This document shows positions 52,801 to 64,000 of a stretch of DNA of 64,000 nucleotides, one piece after another. Under the pieces are notes generated by a model. That model was not told the DNA's origin, did no database searches, and saw only the letters and a program-made list of their open reading frames with translations. A program made the position numbers and the translations under genes. Origin of the DNA: Lama guanicoe (lineage: Eukaryota). Within the stretch, counting starts at the first letter, position 1. Every line of letters starts with the position of its first letter. The stretch is taken from the NCBI GenBank assembly GCA_013239625.1, contig MU054120.1:1-64000 (forward strand). The letters are read 5' to 3'.

Positions 52801-53634
52801 ATACAAATATCAGAAATCTCGTTCAACGTAAGATACAGGAATCACAGGGAAATGCAGATTAGTCAAACACATGGCTCGATACTAACTCCTAGGCACTTAG
52901 AGAAGTTAGAACCTGCTGTGACTGGCAATGCATAGTTACACAGACCTTTGAGGATCTGAGTAGTTCTCTTCCCTTCAGCAGGATAGGAGAAAAGAAATAA
53001 CTGTTTGAAGGGTCTGAGAAATTAAATCACTCCGATAGTATAGCACTGGAAGATTAAAAGTTACAGAAGACAATATTATTCTCTAACAATTTTAGTCAAA
53101 CCAAGAAAATATGTATGGCTTCATTAACATTAAAATTAAGGTTACCATCCTTAGTTTGATTTTCAGTAGCCCTGATGCAAATACTGCTTATTGTTCATTC
53201 AGCTATTGTCAGTATTTAGTTTAGCTTTCCTGTTCAAAGCAGAAGGTTAGCAAGGATGACAGCCCAGATGGTGTCACTTTGCTCTTCACAAGTCGAAGTG
53301 ATGAGCCTTATATAAGACTGCCATGCGTCCTCTCACCTGTCTGGTCCCTTCTGTGCCCCCATCTGCACAGAGCAAATCTGACGACTTGCACTCTCTTGAC
53401 CTCTTGAAAACCAGATTTTCAGGATTAGTCCGGAGAGGAAAGAAATTTTAGCCTTAGGTTATATTTTTAGTTGTATAGATATTGTATACGCAAATCAGTT
53501 TTATGATGCAAGGTCATGGTATGCTATATAATTTTTAACTTAAATTTCAAATACCTTTACTATTTGTGATTAGTAGCCACTTTAATGTAAAGTCTAACAT
53601 GCCTTTTGAATCAACACATATTATCTTCCCCCCC

Positions 53635-54195
53635 AGCTTTATTGAGATACAATGAACATATAAATCTCTGTAAATTTAAGGTGCACACCTGTTGATTTGA
53701 TTAACTTTATATTCTAATACAATGACCACTGTAGTGTTACCTAACACCTCTGACACATCACATAATTACCAAATTACCACTTCTTTTTTGTGTTGAGGAA
53801 GTTTAAGATCTACTCTCTTAGCAACTTTCAAGTGTATAGTACAGCATTTTTAATTACAGTCACTATGCTGTGCATCAGATTCCCAGAACTTACTTCTTTT
53901 CTAACTCGAAGTTTGCATTCTTTGACCAAAATCTCTCCCATTTCCCACTCCCGGCCCTTGGTAACCATCATTCTACACTCTGTTTCTATGAGTTTGGCTT
54001 TTTAAAATTCCCACATGTAAATGATATCATACAGTATCTGTCTTTCTCTTTCTGACTTTATTTCATTTAGCATAATCCCATTAAGAACCATCCATGTTGT
54101 AAATGGCAGGATTTTCTTCTTTCTCATGACTGAACAAGATTTCATTATATATCTATACACACACATATATTTGTACCACATCTTCTTTACCATCA
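53635..54195 (-). mobile_element. L1 3' end (L1MA9-like)
   Basis: 'cagctttattgagatac...ttaagatctactctcttagcaactttcaagtgtatag...ccatgttgtaaatggcaggattttc'. Confidence 0.9.
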
Positions 54196-56189
54196 AGCTA
54201 AGAAAGTAAGAACCAAACCAATAAAGCACCATTTGAACTGAAAATCTGTTTTTCCCTATCCTGTTGAATAAATGCAGGTACTATTACATCAATGTCAATT
54301 CTATCCTTCCTTCTAGATGAGCACTGTTTATATGTCACTTTTGTTGAAAATTTTGCTATAATACAGTATTTCTGGTGATTTCAAAGAGTTGTGCATTTCC
54401 TCCCAGCTCAGTCCCATCTATTATCATTTACACCTGAAATAGGCTGACATTCTACTCTATTCCTAACTCTGAATGAATCACACATTCCTTCCTTTTCCAA
54501 AGTGCCAATCTTTTCCCTGTATCCTTCAAGTTATAGCTTCAAATATATGCAAGTCTGCCGTGGTCCTGATGGTAAAAAAAAAAAACAAAAGTAAATAAAT
54601 AGAACAACCTTCACTAGAATCTAGTAACTGTTATCTTCCTTCCTCTATTCTTTCAGGCAAAGGATTTATTTCAAAATGTTTGTCTACTGATGGTAGCCTC
54701 CAAAGATTTCTGATGCATTATTTTTCGTCTTTCATTCTGATTAGTATATTTACCATTTGGCTTAAATCTTGTCCTTCAAGATACAGTGGACATGTCATTC
54801 CAGGCACCTAGCAGATCCAAATTATAATAGATGTAATTACCTATACATGGCCTCTGGGAAACCAGAGTTCTAGACTTTGTTTTACCAGGTTTGACAGTTG
54901 ATTGGATTGTGATCAGGAAACTTAACCCAACTGAAGATTATTTTTAAGCTAGGTAGTAACCCATGAGGTTGCTAGAAACAGAAAGCCAGCCTATCCATGA
55001 GTTTATCAATATGGATTAGACTAATTTGCAAGATCCTTATGACTGATTCTCTCTAGAAAGTATGAAGATAGTGGGTCCATCTTATGATTAAAGAATGAAA
55101 AAGACTATCAGAAAGAAGCGTAAAATTATGTAAGCAACATACAGACCGTGAGAAAGAGTCAAAGTATTGTTACCAGAGTTTCCTTTTGTCTTGGTGATTT
55201 CAGGTGTGATCAGTGTGGATCCTCAGGAAGCAATGTGACCATGAACAATACTGAATAATCCAGTCTTTACAAAAGAAGCAACTGATATTTTTGTAATTAT
55301 AATTGTGATTGAGGCTATAAAAAGAACACAAAATAGCAGATACAGTGGAAATTGATTTTGCCACCATTCACCTCAGAAGTTTTATCTTGTGGCGGTAGCT
55401 GAGGCATTGTCTAAATTCAAAGAATGAGGAAATTTAGATAAATTTTAGTAACATTACTAAGTTTTTATATTGATCATTTTTATAGTTACCTTCTATGGTG
55501 AATTAAATTAGTGTTCTATGTATATTAAGAATGTCATTTCTTAAAAATTTATTTAAGGACCAAACTTTCAGGCTTGGATGGGTCAAAATTAGTATAGGAA
55601 TTAAAATAAGATTCTCAGGCAAAATGGAAAAAGGTCAGGAAGGAGCCCAACCCAGTGCATGTGCTTATTCCTCACCGCAGCAAATTTAATCAGAGAGAGC
55701 TGGCCAGGTTCTTGTAACAGCTGTAACCAGGGCACTGGTAATGGAAGCCAAATGACAGAATGGACTGTTGTAATTTATAGATACACTTACAAGAAGGAAT
55801 ATAACCAGAAATGGCCATTTAGCTATTTGGAGATGGGTTCCCTTCCCAATACCCCCCAAGTTGGATTGGTTTCACCAATTGCAGTCATCAGCCAAGATTC
55901 TGCGCCAAGCACAGTAGTAATGCGATGTGTGTGGGAGACAGGGAAGAAGCTAAAAACCCAGATGACAGGATCTATAGACTCATTCTGAAGTGCCGTTGAG
56001 GCACTACTCTGGGAAACTCTGGAGTGGTCATTTGCTTATCCTTTTTATTATGGAAGCATATACATAAAAGCAACAGCTTTACAGTATATAATAAAACCCC
56101 ATGCACCCATCACCCAGCATCAGCAGTTAATTTTTTTTTAATTTTCTTCCTTTTTTTTTGTAAAAGATTTAAAGTACCTAGCTTTGTTA

Positions 56190-58025
56190 TTTTTTTTAAA
56201 TTGTGACTTCACTTTTTTAGAGCAGTTGTAGGTTCACAGCAAAATTGAGGGGAAGGTACTGAGGTTTCTCATATGTTCTCTGCTCCCATGCATGCCTTGC
56301 CTCCCCCATTATCAACATCCCCACTGGAGTGATACATCTGTTACGACTGATGAACTGGCATACACGTCAAAATCCCCCAAAGGCCATAGTATACAGTATA
56401 GTTCACTCGTGGGGTTGTACATGCTATGGGTTTGAAAAAGTGTAAAATGACCTGTATCCGTCATTGTGGTGTCAGAGAGACCATTCACTCTGCCCCTCCC
56501 ATCCTCTGTGCTCCACCTATTCATCATACCCCCAGACCTAATCCCTAGCAGCCATGAATGCTTTTACTTTGATTTTCTGTAGTTTGAAAATGATGATGTA
56601 GGGGTTTTTTGGTTTTGTTTTTTTGTTTTTATTTCTGTTTTCCTTTTATCCTGTCTGGTGTTCTCTAAGCTTCTTGGATCTGTGGTTTGGTATCTGACAT
56701 TAATTTGGGGAAATTCTTAATCATTATTACTCCAAATATTCCTGCTGTTCCTTTTTCTCCTTTTCTTTCTGGTATTCCCATTGTGTGTACGTTACACCTT
56801 TGGCAGTTGACTCACAGTCCATAGGCATTCTGTTCTTTTTTTCCTCAGTCTTTGTTCTGTTTTTTTGGTTTCTGAGGTACCTGTTGATATATCCTCCAGC
56901 TTAGAGATTCTTTCTTCACATATTCTCTTTTACTCATGAACTCACCAAAGGCATTCTTCATTTCTTTTACAGCATTGTTCATCTCTAGCATTTCTTTTTG
57001 TTTTTGTTTTTTTTCTTAGGATTTCCATATCTCTGCTTACATTGTTATTCTTTTCTTACATGTTCTTAATCTATTATAGCCCTTAGCATATTCATTATAG
57101 TTGTTTTAAATTACTGTCTGATAATTCCTGCAATCCTGCCATGTCTAGTTCTGATGCCTTCTCTGTCTCTTTAATTGTGTGGTGTTTGTTTTTGTTTTTT
57201 TTTTTTACCTTTTGGAAGTCCTTGCCATTTTTTTCTTGATAGCCAAACATGGTGTAGTGGGTAAAAGAAACTGCTATAAAAGATCTTTAAAGTGTAGGGC
57301 AAAAGGAAGCATTCTACAGTCCTGTGATTAGGTCTCAGGCTTCTAATGAGCCTAAGCTGCTGGAGTGTAGACTTCACAACTGTCTCTGTTTTTTTTTGTT
57401 TTTTTTTTTTGTTTTGTTTTTTCTCACTCTTAGATAGGAGAGAATGGCTAGAATGAAGTATTTCTTTTCCTTGGGTCAGTTCGACTCTTGATAATACCTC
57501 CGCAGGTTTTAGGCACTGGCTAACTAGTGTCCCCTGAGGTCAGGCCTAGATGATAATAGAGTGCTCTGGCGTATTTCAAAATGGTTCCTTTTCCCTTCCT
57601 CCTGCTAGAAACAGAAAGGGATTTTCTCTGATGGGAATTTAGTGGAGCTCCTGAAGGTAAACCTCACAATTGTTTGGGGACCCACTGCCCTCACACCCCA
57701 GGCATGACTAGGTTCTCCTGGGATTTTTAGCTCTCAGACTTACCCACACCGAGCCTCCAGCAATTTGTCAATTATAGTTCAGGTTTTCCTATGCAGGCAC
57801 TGGTTCTAGAGGTGGTTTCTGCTTGTGAGTTGCTCTTGTAAACCTTGACTCCCTGTATTTAATTTGCCTGTCTCTCCAGTCCTGGGAGCAGTGATCTGCA
57901 CTGTGTCCTCTCCTTTCTCATGAATGCAAGAAGAGCTGTTGATTTTTTCAGTCTATACAGCATTTTGTTTGCTGTTAAGTTGAAACGGTGACTTCCAAGG
58001 TCCTTATATGCAGAACTAGAAATTC
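56190..58025 (-). mobile_element. Old L1 (L1MC-like): 3'UTR tip (~56190-56570) abutting ORF1 and 5'UTR (~56570-58025)
   Basis: 'tttttagagcagttgtaggttcacagcaaaattgagggg' (3' tip); 'ttcttggatctgtggtttggtatctgacattaatttggggaaattct' (ORF1); 'gtgacttccaaggtccttatatgcagaactagaaa' (5' end-like). Confidence 0.78.
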
Positions 58026-58035
58026 AATCTGTGCT

Positions 58036-58221
58036 TGTTTTTTTTCTTTTCTTTTTTTCTTCTTTCTTTATTTTCTTTCTTTTTTCTTTCTTCTTTCTCT
58101 CTTTCTCTCTTTCTTTCTTCCTTCCTTTCTTTCCTTTCTTCCTCTTTCTTTTCTTTGCTTGCTTGCTTGCTTTCTTTCTTTCTCTCTCTCTTTTTCTCTT
58201 TTATTGTTTCTTTGTTTTTTT
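58036..58221. repeat. (TTTC)n/(TTCC)n/(TTGC)n compound pyrimidine tract
   Basis: Read directly; it explains the F/L/S-rich ORFs in all three plus frames. Confidence 0.95.
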
Positions 58222-58279
58222 AACCAAAGCTATGATTCGATTTGCTTGGGATTGATTAGTAGATTCAAATATTTTCAGC

Positions 58280-58859
58280 TGTAGTAGGCAGCACTCTGAA
58301 GATGCCCACCCACTCTCCTGGCCTTGTTTATTCATCAAACACTAATCTAGGTACTGCTGTGAAGGGACTTCAAAGATCTAGTTATGATAATGAGATTACC
58401 TTGGATTATATAAGTGGATCCCTTCTAATCACCCAAGTCTTTAAAAGCAGAAAGGATTCTCAGGCCAGGGTGAGAGAGAAGAGGTAGCAGAGGAGATGAG
58501 GCAGAAGGTGAAGTCAATGATACCATAATGTAAAAAGGATTAGAACTGTTGTTGCTGACTATGAAGACAGAAGTGACCTCTAAGGCTGGAATGGCCCCTA
58601 GGCAAAAGCCAGCAAGTAAATGGAATCTCCGTTCTACATGGAACTGAGCTCTGCCAAGAACCTGGATCAGCTTAGAGGTTGATTCATCCTCAGAGCCTCC
58701 AGCCCTGTTGGCAACTTGGTTTCTGACTTGTGAAATCCAGGTTAGCCACACTATACTTGCACATCTGATCTACAGAACTGTGAGAAAATAATTTGTGGGG
58801 GTTTTTTTAAGCCACTAAATTTGTGGTAATTTATTATGACAGCAATGATATTTAATACA
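58280..58859 (+). mobile_element. MaLR solo LTR (MLT1E-like), apparently complete
   Basis: TGTAGTAGGCAG...TAATACA; 'aacactaatctaggtactgctgtgaagggac'; 'aagccactaaatttgtggtaattt'. Flanks tcagc and tcaga give a 4/5 match to a 5-bp TSD. Confidence 0.9.
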
Positions 58860-60479
58860 TCAGATGTATTCCTTTTTTATAATTTCTCCATCAGCCTTTC
58901 AGCAAATGCTTTTAGCATTCATATTGATCATTGTCTAGATCCATTACGTCATTAGAGACTGCAAAACAGTACTATAAAAATTTTATCATTGCTCCTAAAT
59001 TTATTACCTGTAATTTTTTTATGAAGGAAACTCTCATTAACTATTGGTTGTCCAACAATATAAACAGGAAAAAAAAAACCAACAATGCTGTGTCTTTTAT
59101 TTTATTTACCACTTTTCAGAATAATGAGTTAGTGTTCTAGTTGATGCCTAAAGTTCATCTGAGTATCATTATGAATTCTAGATTTCTAGTATCTGCTGTG
59201 TCTTGGTTTGTTCAAATCAAAATTTTCCCATCTTTGTCAACCTGTCAACTGTCCCTTGTTTCTTTTGACATGACTCATTTGGTTTATGTATTATCCTTTC
59301 TTTCTGGCACAGCAATGTAATCACAAGTTAATTTCACACATTTTCTTCCCCGGGGCTGGAATCAACCATGTTTCCTCCCAAGAACTCCCTTATTTGTTTG
59401 CAGAAAGGGGTGTTTAGAGATGACCACCAGGGTGGGAGGTGAGATCCTGCAGCTGAGTTGTTCCTGCTTCTTGTACTTAAAATTGCACAGAACAAAGAAA
59501 TGCCACTCTGTTGAAAAAATGTTTGAGTTCCTACTGATATTTTCATTTCACGTGTAAATTTTATGGTGTTTTATTCATTTTCTTTACTTACTTTGCTATA
59601 TATATGTGTGTATATACACACACATAGAGAGAGGGTGTCATGTACACAGTTATCATGAAGCTATAAATCCAGGAAAGCTAACCAGATGATAAGATTCTTA
59701 TTTATCAGTTACCTAACAAATACCATTCTAAACTCCTGAATTTACTCAACACCAGAAAAAATGTGGAAAAGGAGTTTCCCATGAGCCAGTAATGAAGTGT
59801 GCCTCTTGTTTGTTAATAAGCGTGAGTTTAGTTGTAACATTCTCTTCATCTGAATCCCTAGATCAAGAAGAGCCCAAGTTAGAGATGCTGCCTATGTGTC
59901 AATTAGTAATTCATGCTCACTCATCAGCGATCAGCAAACTAGTAGGCATTTGGAAATCAGCTTGGAAGCCACACGCCGAAAGTTCTCTCCAGGTGGTTGT
60001 ATACAGCCCTTAATGTATTAGCTATAAGGAACAAAAATTGAAGGAGAGGTACTGAGTGTAAGAAACCATTCTCTCTTCTCTGTGTTCAGTAGACATATTG
60101 CAGCTGCCCTTTCAAACCAAGAAAAAATACGAATAACTAAAGATGGTTCCATTTGCCTAGCCATGAAGTCAACTTATACTAGGAAAAGAACACACAGAAT
60201 GAATATTATATAAAGGTCACCTACAAACACACAAGTGTAAATTATAAAATGAGTAGATGGGCTTAATCTTGGGGTTATTATGTGGAGTAACATGACACTT
60301 TGCTTCAGTGAGTAATGAAGCATTTAGGCTTTCCCGTGGTACACATAAAATGGGTAAAACTGGGAAATGGGTAAATCTGTCAAGAGGCTTTGTTACTCTA
60401 CTTTCCATGTTGAATTAGGGAAGTCATAATGTTAAACACCGATCTCCATCATGCCACAGAACCGCAGATACAAAGACAA

Positions 60480-61600
60480 TTTCTAAGATACATACAAAGC
60501 AGGAAATTGGATTCCTAAGAGTTGCAGTAAGAAAGGTTTTCTTCACCTGCATGCTAATAAATATCTTCCAAGATAGACTGTAAAGGCAGAAGTTAAGAGT
60601 TATCTTTTAAAAACTTTTCTGCTGCTTAAAGTAGGTTACTCTAAGCTTTTCTTTTACTCAGAGAATTATTTCCCATGACTTTATGATGTGTAAAATGGAA
60701 CAAATTCCATAATAACATAAAAATAAAAATACATCCTAAGATGCCAATAACAAAATTAGGGTGCTAGTAAGAGGAGAGACTAATAAAGTTATCTTCCAGA
60801 AGAGGAAGATATTTAATAAGTTTTGTTTGTTAGAAAAATTTATGTTGAAAATACAAATGTAAATGTAACAACTCAATACTAAAATACAATTGATACCTTT
60901 CAAACTAATAGAGAAACATAAATGACAATTATCAACATATATATCAATTAACAGAAGGCAAGAAAGGAGATAAGAGGAAGAAGCAAAGAGGAGGGGCTAG
61001 GAGCAGGTAACACAAAATAGGATCATTTAAAACAAAGTGAGATCATTTAAACACATAAAAACAAAAGCAAAATGAACAGTTAAATAGTAAAGATACGAAA
61101 AATATATATTACCTGAACATTAAACAAAAGAAAATTGTTGTTAGCAATATTGACAGTAGATAAAACAGAATTTAGGTAGAAGGCATTAATGGAGATGAAC
61201 ACTAGCATTATGTAATAAAAAGCAAATGGATAAGAATATATTAAAATAATTTATTGGCATCTTCACAACACATATGAAGCAAAACCTGTTGAGATTTATC
61301 TGGAGATATTAACAAACACACTAACATTAGTTGGGAAATCTTCATAATACGCTATCAGAAAATTATGATCAAGTAGATCAAAAATTTTTCAAGGCTGTAG
61401 AAGATTTTGAAAATGACTAATAATCTTTCTGAGCACTGCAATCAAGTAGAGATATTATTAAGTACACAACACACTATTATAAAAATTAATTATGTGCTAG
61501 GTCACTCCTAAACCTCAGCACATTTCAGAGAACCGATATCATACAGTCCGTGTTGTTTAACCACACAAAAACAGTTAAAAATCAAACCAGCCACTACATT
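60480..61600 (+). mobile_element. Ancient L1 remnant (ORF1 end to ORF2 endonuclease)
   Basis: 'gttagcaatattgacagtagataaaacagaatttagg', 'attagttgggaaatcttcataatacgctatcaga', 'aaaattaattatgtgctaggtcac'. Confidence 0.6.
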
Positions 61601-63077
61601 TTGTACTTTATTGGTATGTAAGAAAGAACAGAGATCGTATTAAGCCATCATTTCTGAAAGCTGGAAAAGTTAGTCTGACCTAATGCTGTTGGAAAGGCAA
61701 TAGAAACAATAAATTGTGCTGCCAAGGGAAAATCAAACATTTTCTAAAATAAACCAAGATTTAGGTTGCAAATGCCTTTGTGGTTTGCAGTCTCAACACT
61801 GGGTAATCACAGAGAAAAATTGTATAAAATACTTTATCCCCAGGGTGAAACCATTGCTGAGTAGAGCTATTTAAAGAGGGAGGGAATAAACAGTTTTCTC
61901 TATTGGTTGCATTAGTCTTTCTATACCATGATTAAGAAATTAGCACCTTTTTTGAACTCGGGATTAAAAATCCTAGGAGGATTCTGAGTCTCCTTGCAAT
62001 TGATGATGTCTTTAATCCTTTTCTCCCCCATTAAAAGCAGTTTTGCTTCTGTAGCATGGGAGAATACTTCTGCTTATGTATAGCATAGGAAAAACCTTGA
62101 AATCCCAGGGCATAAATGCTCTCTCTGTATTAGAAGAAAATATGAAATACCAAGAGGAATACAGTATCATGAAAAATTGAGAAGAGAATTAAGAAGAAAA
62201 CAATAAGAGGAAATCCGATTCTCTCTTTGATAGGAAAAAGAAAAAGTTTAAGAGTGCATCCTCCCACTCAAACAGATAAATTGCAATCAGAGAATACACA
62301 TTAGGAGAATTTTTGTCCTCGGGGTAGGAAAAAAGTCCTGAAGTTTTGAAAAGCAGAAATCTTCCTACTGCTAATTGCAGAGGGTGGCACTTTCTTAGTT
62401 AGAAGTGACAACACACTTACGTGCAGACATGACTGGGAGCTGCTTTTCTGATGGAACAGAAAAGCTTATTTTCTGTTCCTTCCACTGAACCAATTATACT
62501 TCTAACATCAACTCCCCACAGAGACAGTTAATACATGACAACCTTTCTTGGTCAAGCATGCCTTATTTAAACAGAAGTTTCTCTGGAGGGTTTAGATGGT
62601 TTGGCATGCAAATAAATTAACCAGTGACAGCTCGGTTCCATTTTATAGATAAGCATTAAGAAATGAAAGGAGCCTGCGTCCAGCTATGAATTTAATAGTT
62701 AATTCCTTCAAAAAAAAGTCATTTTAAGCTCCCATTGAAGATGTAGTAAAGAGATATATTAATAAAAACGATGGATAACTGAACAGTAATAATCAAAAGA
62801 AAATTATTATACACCTGAGGGATAAAGGAGATAACTGCTTGGTTTTGAAAAACATCATCACTCTTAGGCCAAGGACGGCAGTTTTCGTTCTCAATGAAAT
62901 AGTACCATATGCTCCATATTAGTCTAAGAATCAGAAGAGTTTATTTCCCATTTCTCATCACCAGAAGCAATTTAGGAATGATCTTGTTTAATATTTGAAA
63001 AGAACTATGACATCATGGAATTGGAATGATTGAAAAAGCAATGTTAACTGCTCTGAGAACATCATCTAATCATTTGG

Positions 63078-63438
63078 GGAGTGTTTCCTAAAAGAATCCT
63101 ATAATACATTAGTAAGTATTGAGTAATAAAAGTAGTTGCTGTGGCCAGATCAGTTTGGGGAACAAATAGGTATTCTATTCTCTTGTTTATAGATTCACAG
63201 TGCTCAGCATGGCATTAAGAAATTCTGTGAAGTCAAGAAACGTCGCCTAAAGGAGCCCAAACTTGTTTGAAGTGGAGTAAGCAACTGTTTCTTTCTCCCT
63301 TTTTTTTAGTTTCTCTCTTTCTCTATATATTTCTTTGTTACTTTCTCCCTCTTTCTTCCATTCTCTTTCCTTTGAGAGAAGAGGAGGGGTGGGTTCTTAC
63401 AGATCTAGTGTTTTCAGAGTACGGTTTAGAAAAACTGA
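63078..63438. mobile_element. Possible hAT-Charlie MITE remnant (MER103-like) with a CT-rich interruption
   Basis: Degenerate inverted ends 'agtgtttcctaaa' and 'tttagaaaaactg'. Confidence 0.4.
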
Positions 63439-64000
63439 TTTGAGAATTTGAGATTCTCGTCTAGACAGACATTTAGTTATTTGGATACATGTTACCTGGG
63501 AAACTTTCTTTTGGCCCACGTAAATACACCTCCAGAATTTTTAGAAATATCTATTTTATATATTGCCCTTTCTTAATTCTCAGTACTTAAAAAATGTTAT
63601 TCCTGTACTTGAAAATGAAATTAGTAATAAAACCATCTTACTAAGCATTTGAGTGGAACTTAGGGATTATCCAGTCCCAATTTGGTTTCATAGATGTGGA
63701 AAATGGGTTCTCATTCTACATGACACCTAGTTATGAATATGTTTATGCTCCACATAATTTTTGGATATTATAATGTCTCTATCTTCAAAATTTTTGTGTT
63801 CCGATACTTCTAGGAAAACATCATAACCCATTAACAGGTGATAAACCTTTCAAACATATGCTATTAATGTGGAGAAATCCTCTGTCATTTTACTGTAGAG
63901 GAATGTTGGTAACTTTTTATTAGAAAACAGTAACTGATTCATCCCATGTAAATCTGTGAAAAGTATTCTTAATATCTTTATGTAACCTTATTTTACAAGT

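Noticed and set aside
55659..55988. 109-aa ATG-initiated ORF in unique-looking sequence
   Set aside because: No recognisable homology, promoter or splice context; the length is compatible with chance.
57988..58284. Hydrophobic F/L/S-rich ORFs resembling membrane peptides
   Set aside because: These are translations of a (TTTC)n tract; the same applies to 30212-30623.
1..64000. Prokaryotic-type systems (CRISPR arrays, operons, defence islands)
   Set aside because: The sequence is mammalian, with no regularly spaced repeat-spacer array and no dense long ORFs.

Overview
AT-rich, CpG-depleted, repeat-dense mammalian genomic DNA with no supportable protein-coding exon; it reads as intergenic or deep-intronic. 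A tRNA-derived SINE of Vic-1 type at ~17.5 kb suggests a camelid (camel/alpaca/llama) source. The content is mostly retroelement fossils: several LINE-1 pieces (one keeping its 5' terminus, several short 3'-end copies with target-site duplications), L2/MIR remnants, MaLR and ERV LTRs, a few DNA-transposon MITEs and microsatellites. The most structured feature is a degenerate, gag-deleted class III (ERV-L-like) provirus on the minus strand (~37.0-41.0 kb). Protease, RT, RNase H and partial integrase motifs are still readable by manual translation. Its 5' LTR is interrupted by an atypical internal L1 fragment that has no poly(A) and is flanked by a ~17-bp duplication. The supplied ORFs are short chance ORFs or decayed retroelement frames. 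I found no convincing evidence of a new functional biological system. Repeat family names come from recalled consensus similarity, not a database search, and boundaries are approximate unless a TSD is quoted.
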